Shown: positions 38,611 to 51,830 of the stretch, piece after piece
How positions within the stretch are numbered: the first letter of the stretch is position 1
How the letters are laid out: each line of letters opens with the position of its first letter
NCBI GenBank assembly: GCA_002633005.1
Contig: NMRA01000545.1
Coordinates: 155,690-219,689 of the forward strand
DNA: 64,000 bases
Direction of reading: 5' to 3'
From: Phoronis australis
Lineage: Eukaryota > Animalia > Phoronida
Translations under genes and position numbers: made by a program
Notes under the pieces: model-generated
Database searches by the model: none
The model's input: the letters and a program-made list of their open reading frames with translations, nothing else
What the model was told of the DNA's origin: nothing

Positions 38611-39356
38611 TGTCACGTTTTTCCCGTGTGTGGGTGGGCGCAGGTTGTTACAGACCGGTGCTAATAGCTTTCGGTGCGATGACTGACTGAAGACTGGTTC
38701 GAGTTAATCCTTTATTAATCCCGACCGTACGTTCACAAGCCTACTCAAACAAAACGTCCGACGTAATGTCTGTTCATGCTCCAGCCAATGCTGCGAAGCC
38801 TTGACTTGTGATGAACCTCTGAGACACGTTCAGCAACTGTTACACTAGTCGATTCAATAACCTGTTGTCTCTATAGCTGGCTCTCTATTGACTATCGCTG
38901 TAACTGCTGATTCTCTTCACTGCAACTCAATTGTAGTTCTCCTGACTAACTTTCTTGAACTTACTTGATCCCTCTTGAACTGACTTGATCTCCTAACACA
39001 AACCCGTGCTTGTGTATTTATAGCCTAATGTATTGTTCTGGAACTTTTCAGCAATTCAAGCACATTCTAGAACTTTCCTGAATCTACCCAATCATTCTAC
39101 AAACATATACTAGTCTCTAGAATATTCCAGACTGCATTAATCACTGTCATGCTAGAGTCTTCTAGAAAGTTCCACACTATACTGCAGTAAACAAATTACA
39201 TTATCACTACTGAACTCAGTCTACTAGAAAGTTCCATACTATTCTGTAGTAAACAAATTACATCATCATTGTACTTAACTCAGGGGTCATGCTAATCAAA
39301 CTGAATAACAAAACAAAACAATACAACTAATAATACTGTCAGATTATATTCTGACA
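38611..39356 (-). mobile_element. Solo LTR
   Basis: TGTCA...TGACA termini with 5-bp TSD ATACC on both sides (38606-38610, 39357-39361); minus-strand TATAAATA (~39022) upstream of AATAAA (~38716). Confidence 0.85.
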
Positions 39357-39699
39357 ATACCAATCTGGGGACAGCTTTCAATGACCGCAGGGAGAGCTTT
39401 TTAGCAATGAACATTAGAGCATGGTCTCGTTATGCAGCCACGTGACTACGTTAGTATTATCAGCAAGAGATTACCTTCCTGGTTTACTTGTGATTGAAAT
39501 CAGTTATGAAAGACAACTCAGTCCATCTTCTTTAGCCGTTGACACATTTCGGCTTTAGATGAATGCGACTGATTTATAATTAGTAGACATGAGAAGGCCG
39601 CCACTGTGATTTGTTTCTATGTCTCGAATAAATGTCATTCTTCAGAAGAGGGAGCATTGGGCAAGGAGAACAGCGGTAGCCTAGGAATCACCACGAATT

Positions 39700-39860
39700 C
39701 GTGAAAAATGAAAAGAAACTGAGAAATGAAGCAAGTAAGATCTACGTAAACAAGAATCTGACCAAAAAGGAGGACCGTTGTACAAGGCTTCCAGAAATCT
39801 GGACACCAGGATTCAAAGTTGCTGACATATGGTTGAAGAATTTATTACAAGAACTGGGCC
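39700..39860 (+). pseudogene. Possible LINE ORF1 C-terminal remnant
   Basis: SKIYVNKNLTKK...KASRNL...VADIW resembles the IYINEDLT..W motif of LINE ORF1. Confidence 0.4.
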
Positions 39861-40829
39861 AATGATATCAAACTGGTAGGCAGCAAGAGATGTTTGCCGG
39901 CCATCTAACTCTCTCTCTCATGTCAAACATTATATGTGCAAGTCAGAGTGTAGTGCAATATTTTGCAACGTCTTGTATTCAGCAATTGGTAAGATGTGTG
40001 TTGTGCTCACTTATACGGTAGTCTGCACGACAAGCAGCAGGAATTTCTCTTTTACGTTTAGCTGATTGTGCTTTACGCTAATACCAATATTCAATAATAA
40101 CTAATTAACGTTTAATTACTTTTGTACTCCCTGTGCAATTGCCAAACTAAAAGTCAGGTGGTTGGAACCTAGTTGAGAGACCTCAACACACATGTACCTC
40201 CGGTAGCCATTGCTGTGTATTTATTGCATTTTCCTTCAATCGATAATATAATTTTAGCAGTTGACAGCTAACACCTATTATTCAAGGCTACATTAACGTT
40301 CGTGACAACTGTGTCGCATAGTATTATTTTTGGAGCTGTATTCTACTTTAGTCTTAGTGTCATGGCTTCGTGCTGGGCAATCAACCTTGGGAAGCCATTT
40401 AAGAGAGTAGTGCACACGGGCGGGTCCAGGATTTTGAGTTGGGGGGAGCAGGGCAGAGTATTAGCCAGGCTTTTGCCCGTCAGAACTTCCAAATGGAATC
40501 TGGAAAAAGTTTAGGGGGGTGAGCATGGGCCTCTTGACCGCCTTAAATCCGCCAATGGTGCATGTGCGGGGCCCGAGATGCAGGCATCCTTATTTAAGTT
40601 AGTGATCCGTTGGGTCAGAACAACAAGTCTTAGACGCAATTTTTTCTTTTTAGTATAAAGCGAAGTCTCTTTATTAAAATGTAATTGATCCTAAATTTTG
40701 TTCTATTTGTTTTATGTGTGGGGGCTGTATGAGCACTGTCTCCATGCTTTTTATTATAAAGACTTGTTATCAAAAATACTGGGGAAATAAGCCTAACAAC
40801 GAGGACCAGTTTTATTATTGCTCCATGTA

Positions 40830-43610
40830 CAAAACCTCATTGAGTGCGAAGGATTGGGTCTCCATGAAAAACGCAATGGTGTTCTCAATTTTAGGAGAAA
40901 AACAGCACTCTATTCATTGCCTACAGGACACACAGTTTACTATGAGAGAAGAAAACAGTAGCAGGTCAACGTGGAGTGGCGATCCGCTTTTAGAACATTT
41001 TTGAGTATAAACTACATAAATAGAGACTCTCCGTCTTTTTTGGAAAAAAAATAAAACAAGATATTCAAGATATAGGAAATCACTCTGTGATTTGGGCAGA
41101 TGAATTTAATCTTGCTGTTTATCAATATAAGGACACGCTTAATTATCGAATGATTAATAACAAGAAGTCGCGGAATAAGGTGATAGAGATTTGTTCAGAA
41201 TTGTCTATTGCTGATGTTTGGCAGGGAATAAACCCAAATATTTAAATACACTTGTGGAGCTGGAAGTAAATCATCAAGACTGGATTAATTTCTATTTTCT
41301 GAAAAGCTTTTGACCGATGGTGACGACTCCATAGTAGAATTCGGTTACCGGTTCAATCAGTCAATGGTTCTTTTTAAGGTGCCGTTTCCAGGAGGAAAAA
41401 AAGCAATTTGGAAGTTTAATGATTCTCTCTTAAACAGCTGTGAATGTATTGTTGTCAATGATACCGTTAAATTATCAGTATATGACTGACGTCATTCAGA
41501 CAGTCGATAGTACAAGTAATTCAGATTTACAATTGTCTATTAGTGATCAGCTTTTTCTTGAAACGTTGCTGATGGATATTCGTTGCAAGACAATTTCCTT
41601 TGCTACTTACTTAAAAAAAAGAGTGATAGAGCTGAACAGCAGCTTATTGAAGAAATAAACTTTTTTGGAAAAAAATCAAAGCTTTGATATGGAAATATTT
41701 GAACAAAAAATAATCAACTTGCCGAGCTAAGGCAGAATGCGTTAATAGGTCTTATAACTAGGTCGAGAGGAAGAGGGATCGGCCAGTGTGAAAAACCTTT
41801 CAATTATTTTCTTCATTTGGAAAATAGGCATTACACAAGTAAGTTTATGCCTTCCCTGTGGAAATCTGACAATACTAAAACCAATAGGGAAGAAAAGGTT
41901 ATTCAGGAAACCAAAACTTTTTATGAACATCTATACAAATATAGAATTTTGAACAATACTGCTTAAGAAACTTCTTAATGAATGTGTGTGTCGCCAAACT
42001 AAATGAGACAGAAAACGAAAAATTAGAAGGTCTTCTTACATATAGTATAAAGTAACACAATGCTTGAAAAAAAGGGAAAAAACAAAAGCCCAGGCTCCGA
42101 TGTTTTTTCAGTGGAATTTTTGATTTTTTGGGGCTAGAATTGGACATTTCGTTGTTCGCTCACTTAAAACTGGTTTTCCTCACGCTGTGGTTGTATGGCG
42201 TAGAAGCGCGTCCCCTGGGTGGTAGATGGGGGAAGCCCTTCTAGATGGGGGTTGCACCGAATAGTACGGAATAAGGTGCCTTGAACCAACTCAGCCTAGA
42301 ATAGAAAACTCTGATTTCAAACCCGGGTAGATGGAGCTCGAAAGCCTTGGAAGGCAGTTTGTCTAGGAGAAAGAAAACTGATTCCTAGCACGAGTAGACA
42401 GAACTCGTTAGCCTTGGTAGGCAGTTTGTCTAGGAGAAGAAAAACTGTGATTTAAAACCAGGGGCAGAGAATGCTCCTAAGCAACGGGCAGCAGATTCAC
42501 TACGAGAGGGAACCTCGAATAAAAAACCAACGCCGAAGTCGGATACACTGGGCCTCATGTGGCGCGTAACGGCAGTGCAACGCACATATGTCATCATGAT
42601 GGTCAATATATTTGACCGTTTGACGAACGAGAAGAAGAAACTGATTTTGTTGTTGGTCAGTTAACATCAACACAGAATAAGGGCGTGTATTCCTAAGGAA
42701 GCAGACGAAAGTAAACATTTTGAATAACTGGAGACCCATATCCTTGGCTGAACGTTTAAAATCCGTTTTGGGAAACCTATATTTAGGGACCAGGCAGGTT
42801 TTGTTTTTGAAAGAATTATGAACGACAATGTCCGAGTGATGTGTGATTTAATGTTTTATGCCCAGTCAGAGATATGTAAACCTCTGATGACGATTTCGTT
42901 ATAGTTTAGAACATATGATCAGCGAGTTCGATGTGAAAACAAACTTTGTAAAATATATTGGTGTTGTTTCTGTTCTAAGTAGGTTTCAAACAAGTACATG
43001 TCAAATTAAATTTAAAAGTGTTAATATCTATTCTCCTAGCATGCCTTTAGCAATTACAGCAGGATGCGAAGGGTCGTTGCAGTAGATATAATTTTTCTAT
43101 GTTTAATGACATTCGAAGTCATAGTGTAAATGGGGAATAGATTGGGGAGATAGTTTGTACGAAAACATACGCGTTGCCTTACGAAATTACAAAGGGCGCC
43201 AACATTAGATAATTTCAATTTAGAATATTACACAGGGTTATTGAGGCAAATACTTTTTTAGTCAAAATCTAAGTTCGGGATTCTAACTTCAGAGACGCTG
43301 TCACAGCTTTTGTGGGAATGTTGCCCTGTAGAAGATTTTTGCAAGGAATTCGAAAAACCACTTCAAAACTGCCACATTCAGCTCCCCAACTGCTCTTCTT
43401 ACAAACGCATTGCTGGATTTTTGAACTTCAATAGACACACGGTTTTCTATTTAACGTTTTGCAAGCCAAACAGTACTTATAAGGAGAGATGTCGCATAAA
43501 TGTACCTAATATTTGCAAATTTGTTACATATACTCATGAGTATTACAAAGCTGATAATTTTATTGTGTAAAAATTTTGAGTATGGCAGCAATTTATTGGA
43601 AATGGGAAAA
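40830..43610 (+). mobile_element. Decayed L1/Tx1-like LINE ORF2 (endonuclease-RT)
   Basis: SIHCLQDTQFT, SRLD.FL, WKFNDSLL, DQLFLETLLMDIR, EKP..YF..LENRHYTSK, KSPGSD, LAERLKSVL..DQAGF, FQFRILHRV motifs in order, across broken frames. Confidence 0.82.
42180..42540 (+). mobile_element. Insert resembling an RTE-clade LINE 5' leader or derived SINE
   Basis: Interrupts the LINE RT region; repeated ttagccttgg.aggcagtttgtctaggagaagaaaaact.tgattt.aaacc motif, recalled as typical of RTE leaders. Confidence 0.55.
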
Positions 43611-45601
43611 CTTTTTTGTTCACATTAGAGCTATGTAGGAGTTGTTTACTTTATATGAGAATATTCTTTGCTGAGGTGTGCATGCGTGTATGGATGGATG
43701 TTTTGTGTTTCAGATTTTGTTTGTCAATGATAATAAATATATACGTAAAAAGACATGAACAAAATGTTTTTCTTTTGTTATGTTAATGAAAATATTTTGC
43801 ACGTTTGTCTCTTTTGTACTTTAGAGAAGTTGTTGACTAGCTGTAGTAACAGCAGTTAACCAACTCACGCAGGGTTTTGAACTTTGAAAAGGTCATCACG
43901 GTTGTTCAAAAAGGAACAAATCTCTTTCTCGAAGTGACCCTAAATGGAACATGCTTCAAACGATGACAAACGTAAGTGTATGAGAAATGGATTAATTAAC
44001 ACATGATTGATGATAATGATGAGATTGTGTGTACCACCTACGGTAAATAATTAAATAACTGTGACATACACGCATGTATCATAGATCAACTTAGTGACCA
44101 CCATGAAATACGTAGAGTCTGAATACGAGAAAGTACGTAATTTACGTCATATCCGTATTTCACGATTCGTTTAGTTTCCTGGGATGGGTTGCATAAAACT
44201 TCAAATTATCCGCAGGAAAAAGTTTGATTGTTGAGTGGCGTCATGTGCATTCTTCAACAGTAACAAGGTTGCATGTGATAACGCGACGTCAGATTGTTGC
44301 TATGCAGCGTATAACTTCCATGCATCCGGGTCCATATGGAGCAAAATAGGTTATCCCACGTACATAGGAACACATATAGGTTATCCCACATATTACATAG
44401 GAATATTACTGTCATATCCTGTAGAGAATTTCATCTGGAAATGTTCAACGAGACTACAGGGGAACAAGGGTCATGAAAAGCAACACTTTTCTAGAAAAAT
44501 CAGGAGGTGCGAACACCAAATGTGGGTAATGAGGATACTGTTAGAACTCTGAAAAGATAAACATGAATGTTCCAAAAGGCTTACAGTCACCTTTCTAGAA
44601 ATGTTCCTAAATGGAACATACATGTACTTTAGTGACAAAAATGTAAGAGTGTGTATTTACGATCAACTGAAGTCAATTTAGTAATGGCCACGATTTAACA
44701 GCAGAAACTACCACAGTTGTTTTAAATTTTCATATCATTCTCTGGTACTTATGTTTGTAACCGAAATCAAGAAGATATCCCCTTGTAATACAAGTTTTAT
44801 GTTTTCATTGAGCAGTATTTTAAGTGACGTTATCGGTACAAAAGTGATTTCTGAAATCAACCCTAGCGCGGAATCAAACGGATACCTTCGCGTTCGCAGG
44901 TAGACGACGTGCTAAATGGCGCACATCTCGTCTCAATGTTTGATAGTACACCGCCACCTACCTCTAAAATTTTATTTAAGGAGAGCACAAAAAACGCGGA
45001 GACTTCTAATAATATCAAATGCGGGATGATATATCTAGTCCCATGGATAAAATGAAATTGCTCCCTCCCCCAAAATAGCCACAGGATGAAAAAAACTGGA
45101 GCTACGGCCCAAGGCCTTCTGGCTGGTGTACCGACCTGCTGCCAAATTACCACCGCAGTTGAATGAAACGGATCTTAAAAGGAGGAAAAAGTATATTTAA
45201 CATTGAAGCCAAGATCAAACCAAATTGCTCCAAGACAATATTTTGATTAAAAGGTTGTTGCACAAGAAACAAAACAAAATAAAATGCATCTGCGTTTATG
45301 GTTACTGAAACAAGATTCAATTTCCTGCTATAGACTACCGATCAACTAATTCATAAAAAATGACGTGTGTTTGATTTTCATTTGAAAACATTGCTCAGTA
45401 GGCCTACATAATAGTTCCGGTTTCCGGAGCATTAGCCCCATAACTCAGGTCTACACACATACATGAATAAAACTATGGAAAATGCCAGTTTCTACTTTGA
45501 CACAGCACTAAATTCACCAACCTTGAATAATCCTTACTGAGCTTTAAGCTCAAAAGTACATACGGTTATTCAAACTTGGCCACTCAGTCGACAGGCGTCT
45601 T

Positions 45602-46894
45602 TTATTACTCTGCGCGTGTAAGCGCAGAGTACTGTTGTTCCTGGGTTTTCTTCAATTTTTATTCTTCTTATTACTCTGCGCGTGTAAGCGCAGAGTACTG
45701 TTGTTCCTGAGTTTTCTTCAATTTTATTCTTATTCTTATTCTTATTCTTCTTCCGACCAACTTTGAGGCTTAATAACTCCAAATTTGGTGCAGGTACGGT
45801 CTTTAAATTCAGCATATGACTTTTGACAGTATATAAATTTTGATTGGTCATATAATCATATTCCATATTGCACCGGAAGAGGTCGTTTGGTGCAAAAGTC
45901 ATATAATTTTCAAAATGCTACTCCTCCTTCAGTTTTAAAGCTATCTTTTTCAAATTCGGTGCACAGGTATAAGTCAATATGACAATTTAAAAAATTACTT
46001 TTCTAAGTAATCGGATCATCCAATCAGGTGAAATAGGTCAAAGGTCATTAGGTGCAAACTAAAATTTTGAGCTATTCACTTCAAATTGGCAGGTCTGATT
46101 GCCACAGGTAAATCAAAGTTTCAGGTCATTTAGTGCAAACATGGGGTCATTTGGTGCATTTTTCTTCTGAAAAAATTGACCTTTTCAATCAGCAAGTATT
46201 CTGATGTGTCAACCGTTAGACAACTGTGATTCTAAGCGTTAAACACATTTTCCATGGGCTCCTAAAGATGCTTAAAATGCACTGGATAAGGTCAATTAGT
46301 GCAAAGGTCATGTAACGTTCAAAATGTTATATCTCTTACGTTTTTCAAGGATATCTTTTCAATTTCAACACACTGGTGTAAGTCAACATGCCAATTAAAT
46401 ACCCTACTTTACTTTGCAATAGGCCTAACCAATCAGAAAAAATAGGTCAAAGGTCATTGAGTGCAAACTAAAATTTTGAGCTAGAGACTTCAGAATTACG
46501 TTTCTGTTTAGTAAGTGCGATTGACTTTGAATTCTAAATTTTCAGGTCATTTGGTGCACCCATGGGGTCATTAGGTGCATTTTTCTTCTGAAAATTTGAC
46601 CACTTCATTCATCTTGTATTCTGAAGTGCTTAAAGTAAAACATCTGTGATTATTAGCATTAACCACACTTTTAATCGAGTTAACAATTACTCCCTCATCG
46701 GGGCTCATAATGTACCGGAAGAGGTCAATTAGTGGAAAGGTCATCAAAAAATTAATATGTAATTTCTCCTACAATTTTAAAGAATTCCTTTTCATATTGG
46801 TAAACGGGTTGCTATCAGTAACTTCCCATAATAATTCCAGTAACACGCACGCGCAGAGTCCGTTATTGTCACGCCGTGACAATAATCTTTCTAG
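45602..46894 (+). mobile_element. Helentron/Helitron2-type non-autonomous element (HINE/DINE-1/pearl-like)
   Basis: 5' subTIR hairpin actctgcgcgtgtaagcgcagagt (duplicated), (ttattc)n, ~410-430-bp core repeats, 3' subTIR cacgcgcagagt, hairpin ttattgtcacg-c-cgtgacaataa, ctag, T-rich flanks. Confidence 0.82.
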
Positions 46895-47468
46895 TTTTTT
46901 ATTTGTTATTTTAGCGTACTTGAGTGTATTACACAAGCTACGTGATCACACACAAACAGGCCGTGGAATATTTTGATTTTAATCACATGTGGATAATAAC
47001 ACGACCCTGGCTTGGTGATAGCTTGAATTAACTATTGGCCGGACACCAGCAATTTTGCTCAAGCTTGCACAGCAATCGTTACCTGAGAGGAAAAGTGGCT
47101 CAACGAGCTTAAGATTTAGTGACAAGCCTGATCGATTTACCCCACTAATAAATCAGAAGTCTTTTCCAAGCTAACCGAGCAACGATTAGTTAGGGAGCAA
47201 GGAATTTAACTTGGGGAAAAGTATCAAATAAGGCGACGTGCCATTACATGTATGTTTTAGCAAAGTTGGTCAACTCTAGCTAAGTACCTCGGAAGTAACA
47301 TAAAAGTAGGACTAGAAATACATTGAAAGAAGCAGTCTTGTGTATGGGAAACCAATGTGCGTCAGGAATCTGATAATAGGCCTCATGACTGGCACTTGGT
47401 TAAAAAAGTAAGCTAAGAAATGCTCTATTGTTATTGAAAGTTATCAGTTATGCACGTCGTGAAAATGT

Positions 47469-47470
<2 letters not shown>

Positions 47471-47514
<44 letters not shown>
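47471..47514. repeat. (AC)n microsatellite
   Basis: 22 AC units. Confidence 0.99.
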
Positions 47515-47516
<2 letters not shown>

Positions 47517-47862
47517 TCTGAGGTATCTCCAAGGAGCCTCGTTTTTAAATGAAACTGCCAGTTTTGAGGAACTGTTTGAAAACCCTGTTTCCCAAAAACA
47601 GGCGAGTACCTGGGCTTGTGACAATTTTCGACATTTGCTTGAGATCAGGCGATCAATAAGTTGATTTGTCACAGTCAGTTCATTTAAACGAGAATGCCAC
47701 CCGATTTAATTAGTCTTTTTTACCGTCTTAATCGGTCTATATCCACATCGCCTCTTATACGGTCGACCTCACATTGCCGAGAGGTGTCGCGTTAACCTGT
47801 GAGGAAGGTGAGAAACGACACAGCGACGTCAGTGGTTCGTCTGCAAAGTTAATGCCGCTATA

Positions 47863-48092
47863 TTGCGGTGCATCGTTCTTGCTTGTCCGAACTATGAAGC
47901 TGCGAAGAGGGCGGGTATATCGTTTTTTAGACTTCCTCGAGAGCCCGAAATGCTTAGGAAGTGGCTCGCGGTAGTGAAGAAAGAAAGGTACGCTGTTAAT
48001 AGCAAGTATGAGACCGTGAAACATCCCCGTGTCTGTGGCCGGCATTTCGTCGACAATGATTTCTCTGACGAATTCCGGCTTACCAAAAAACT
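47863..48092 (+). pseudogene. THAP zinc-finger N-terminus of the Kolobok transposase, truncated
   Basis: C-x4-C, FFRLP, RKW, RVCGRHF (C2CH signature); no ATG start and no AVP box. Confidence 0.85.
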
Positions 48093-48268
48093 GTCCATGC
48101 GTTCCGTTGTCTGTGCATGTTCACGGCGCCTCTGTAGCATTTCTTGATCAGTGTATTCCGGTTCGAACTGATAACCTGTGAAACCTAACGATCAGACCCG
48201 TGAAGTCTTCGTCGGATGAGCTCTTGACCAAGTCGGGATTGGCGCCGGACGAGTTGCCATGTAGACAT
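48093..48268 (-). pseudogene. KolX-like accessory gene N-terminal fragment
   Basis: Acidic SSSDEDF followed by GYQFEPEYTDQE, convergent with the THAP fragment as expected for Kolobok. Confidence 0.6.
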
Positions 48269-51200
48269 TTATTATTCTGCGTTCCGTTTCAAAATGAATT
48301 ATTCCCATCCTAACCAATGCTTATGTAGAACTGAAACAAAGTCTGTCTCATTAGGTACAATTTGTATTGCCTTTGGAGTATTCGACTCGTGAGTGCAAAT
48401 ACTGAAAAGCCAGCAATGAATACTATAAACCACTGCGTTACTGGCTTTTAATGCCGGCAATAAAGGTAATTGACCGTGTGAGCGCATGCTAATTGAGTGT
48501 TTGCTGACAGAAAGCTGTTGTGAAAAAATTACTCGATTTTATATGCTATGGTCACATGTTAGTGGAATCTTTATACAAATACATTATTCAAATCATTGTT
48601 AATGTACAACCTTTGCCCTGACGGTCTGTGGAAGGGGAACCCGACTTCGCGGCCCCGACAAGTAAGTACATTTTCAGCTTCGTGGCTAATAATTACAAGC
48701 ACATTATTTCTTTGGCTCACTATTATAGTCTTTTCGTGAATGGAGGTTTAGTTTCCAACTCAAGCTGGTTTATGTTCGTGCCAGTCCCGCCGGCCTTGAG
48801 GGACCTTATCGGGTTCCGAGCCACTGGCCGGGATAACAAGCGTTTTGTGTGTTTAGAACCCAAAAAATTACAAGTCCAAACAACAGAGATCTGGGTTCTC
48901 TTGTCTGTATTTCACGGAAGAATACTTCGAATTTATCTCCGAACAGACCCAAACTCCTGCTACGGAACTTGGTAAATTGGCCTGCCGAACTTTGTATGCT
49001 ACGGTGTGTACAAATACCAACAAATCCGTAACAGCGAAATAAACGACACGTTTTTACAAGAACTCGGTGTATTTTTAAGGGTTTTACATCGAATTTTAAT
49101 GATTAATTGGGAGTTAAACGATGAATTCAAGCGATAAGCTGACACCAGTAACCCGTGTTGTGAACTGCTGAACAGAATGCGTGTGAAACCAATGACGTCA
49201 TTGTATAACTTCAACACCTCCGTCTGCCGTCAGGTGTCAGGTAACGCAATCGAACGTGCCGTTATCGAGTAGAGCTCCTCGATCTAAATTGATACAAAAT
49301 AGGTTGTTTTTTGGGTGGCATGCTCCTTTAAGTAACGCACAGTGCTACCAGAGACCGTAGCGTCTTTGGTGCTACGAAGGCACCACGTCCTGCCTGTGGC
49401 TATTGATCAATAGCAAACTGTCAGTTCTTCTAGACACAGACAAAAATCACACCAGTGTAATTGTGTGCCAATTTTGTAGTGATATATGGTCTACATCAAA
49501 ACTTCTTGAAGTCTTCTTTAAACTTGTGATAAATACACGCATGACGATCACAATCAATAGACACGTACACCCATGTTTTTTGTAGTCTTTTGTCTGGGAT
49601 ATTTTGAGTGGGACTTTTTTCGTCACAATTTGTATTCATGGAGTAAACAATATATTAACTATTCCGTTCATTCCATGCAATTACAAGAGTCGTGGAAAAT
49701 ACGAAAAAAGACTGGCATAAAAGATCTAATAACATAAAAACTGGGATCACAGTGTTTTCAGAAATATTTCCATCATAATTTTTAGATTAGCCCTTAATTT
49801 CCGAACCAAAAAACACTGCTTGATAAAAACAAACATATTTTATTATAACACGCTTTCTGAACAATCTTCGTTAACGTTCTGATGTAAAATCAAGTTAAGT
49901 ATTCTAAAAAGCTGTTTAGTGTTGAATGAGTAAAATATGTAACATTCACTGAATTTTTGGCACACATAATACTTCATGTATCCAACTATAAAACACACAA
50001 TACTTCATGTATCCAACTATAAAACAAAGATCCAACTATACCGGTAAAACAAATATACTCACATAATTATGCGTGAATAATTCTGATAGAACCGTGACAA
50101 TGAGACATCACTCAAAAATGCGCTAATAAACTATAAACTCTATAACACTCATAACACACATAGATGTACCTATAGACAACCTATTTATAAAAATAAACAA
50201 GCTTCAGATAAAAGTTTGAATGAAACATGTAGAAGACTTGAAATAAATGAGTGAGGTGGTGTCCTCTGTGTAGTTAGTAGATCAACCCTCAATGCCCATA
50301 AGGCGAAACACCTTTATTGACTTAGAAAACTAAGTAACCAAATGTCAAACATGAATAAACAGATTATCTGAAATTTACACAATACATGATTGTATACAAC
50401 TTAATTGGACAACTTGTAATTACCATATATTCTCAGTGACCACGTCCGAAACAGTTGTGTAAAGTGTAAGATAAAATTTCGTTGAGTTGGACCGCATAAA
50501 ATTTCAAAAATGCCATTTTTCAATAGAATACCTCTAGCTTTGAACAACTGAATATATGTTGAGAATGACAAATTAAGTGCGATAATAAACTGAAAACCTA
50601 TAGAACAATAAGTTATGCATTTTCTGATGCATATCTTGTTGATCAAGTAGACGAATTGCTAGTTTGCACGCTGTTGCAATCCGTAACCACATGTGCGGAG
50701 AGACTGCTGCCAGCATGTGAGAGAGTTAGCAACAACAGTAGTGGACAAGTTATGTACTGCATAATAGTTCAAGTACCACACTTTCTCCTCTCCCATATTC
50801 TTCGTTTTAAAAAAATCACATGACACTGGAGGCAGGTAGGCAGGCAGTTAAGTTATGCAGACAAATATTACACAGGGTAAAAAATCGCGAACTTAGGACA
50901 TAATATGGCATACAAAAGAAATATATTTTTTCTTTTCTTTGAAAAAGATTAGCAGCACTAAGCAAATGCTCAATCTTTTCATGTTCATCACCATGGTTAT
51001 CATCAAACAAAGTTTTAAGAAATTGTGAGAAAAGGAAAAAAATTAACATTGGTATTTTTTCCTGAATTTGGTGATTCCCTGTACTAAAGTGGTATTTCAA
51101 AGGCTGCAGTTAAACGCCAAGTGTTGGAAAGGAACAAATCCACCTTCCACAATTAACACTCCTGGGAACCCAAAGTCAGTAAAATTTGCAGTTTTAAGAA

Positions 51201-51486
51201 TACTTTGAAACATTTTATGAAAAAACACGGTTTGACAAAAACTACCAATGACTTAAAATCTAACCACGCAAATATATGTTTATCAACAAAATGAAAGAAT
51301 ACATAATATCCAAAACACCTTTATATTTTTGGCAAGATGTTGACAATAGCTATATCCTAGGAATGACAAAACGTGTAACACATATGAAGGATATTGAGCA
51401 ACTGAAAACAAGGTCCTTGAGCAAAACGAGGTCCATGTTCACACAACCAAACATTAGCCAAATACACTGGTGAGATTCAATCTAAG

Positions 51487-51830
51487 TTAAAATCCACTTT
51501 CTCTGAAGTAATCAGCAACATTTAGCACATGGTTATAACAATTGCCTGGATTCATTCCCGTTTCATAAACGCCAATAACAATGCAGGTTTTGCACAAACA
51601 TGCTGTGAATCCTGCTAATTGTCTCTTGCCAGCAATTAGTCCAATGTCGCCCTTGACAACAGTGTACAGTTTACCATCCACAGAGACTCCATTCCGATTC
51701 ACTTCCTGTGGGTCAAGAAAGGCATTCTTTAGGATCACGACCTCATCACTAGTTATGTTGAAGTCTGGACTGGAAGCCCATATGGTACATTGATCTTTTA
51801 TCCCATAGATGGCAGCCTGTGACACAGTGC
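51487..51830 (-). CDS. Profilin, coding exon 2
   Basis: Acceptor tttattgcAG at 51831; GTVSQAAIYG, IWASS, GVSVDGKLY, KTCIVIGVY, VADYFRESGF* profilin signature. Confidence 0.93.

Larger units (their letters stand above)
47688..49327 (+). mobile_element. Internally deleted Kolobok DNA transposon
   Basis: TTAA TSDs (47684-47687, 49328-49331); TIRs acgagaatgccaccc / gggtggcatgctcct; convergent THAP and KolX-like fragments inside. Confidence 0.8.

Noticed and set aside
47863-48147. Host THAP transcription factor gene
   Set aside because: It has no ATG, is truncated, and lies inside TIR/TTAA-bounded Kolobok DNA.
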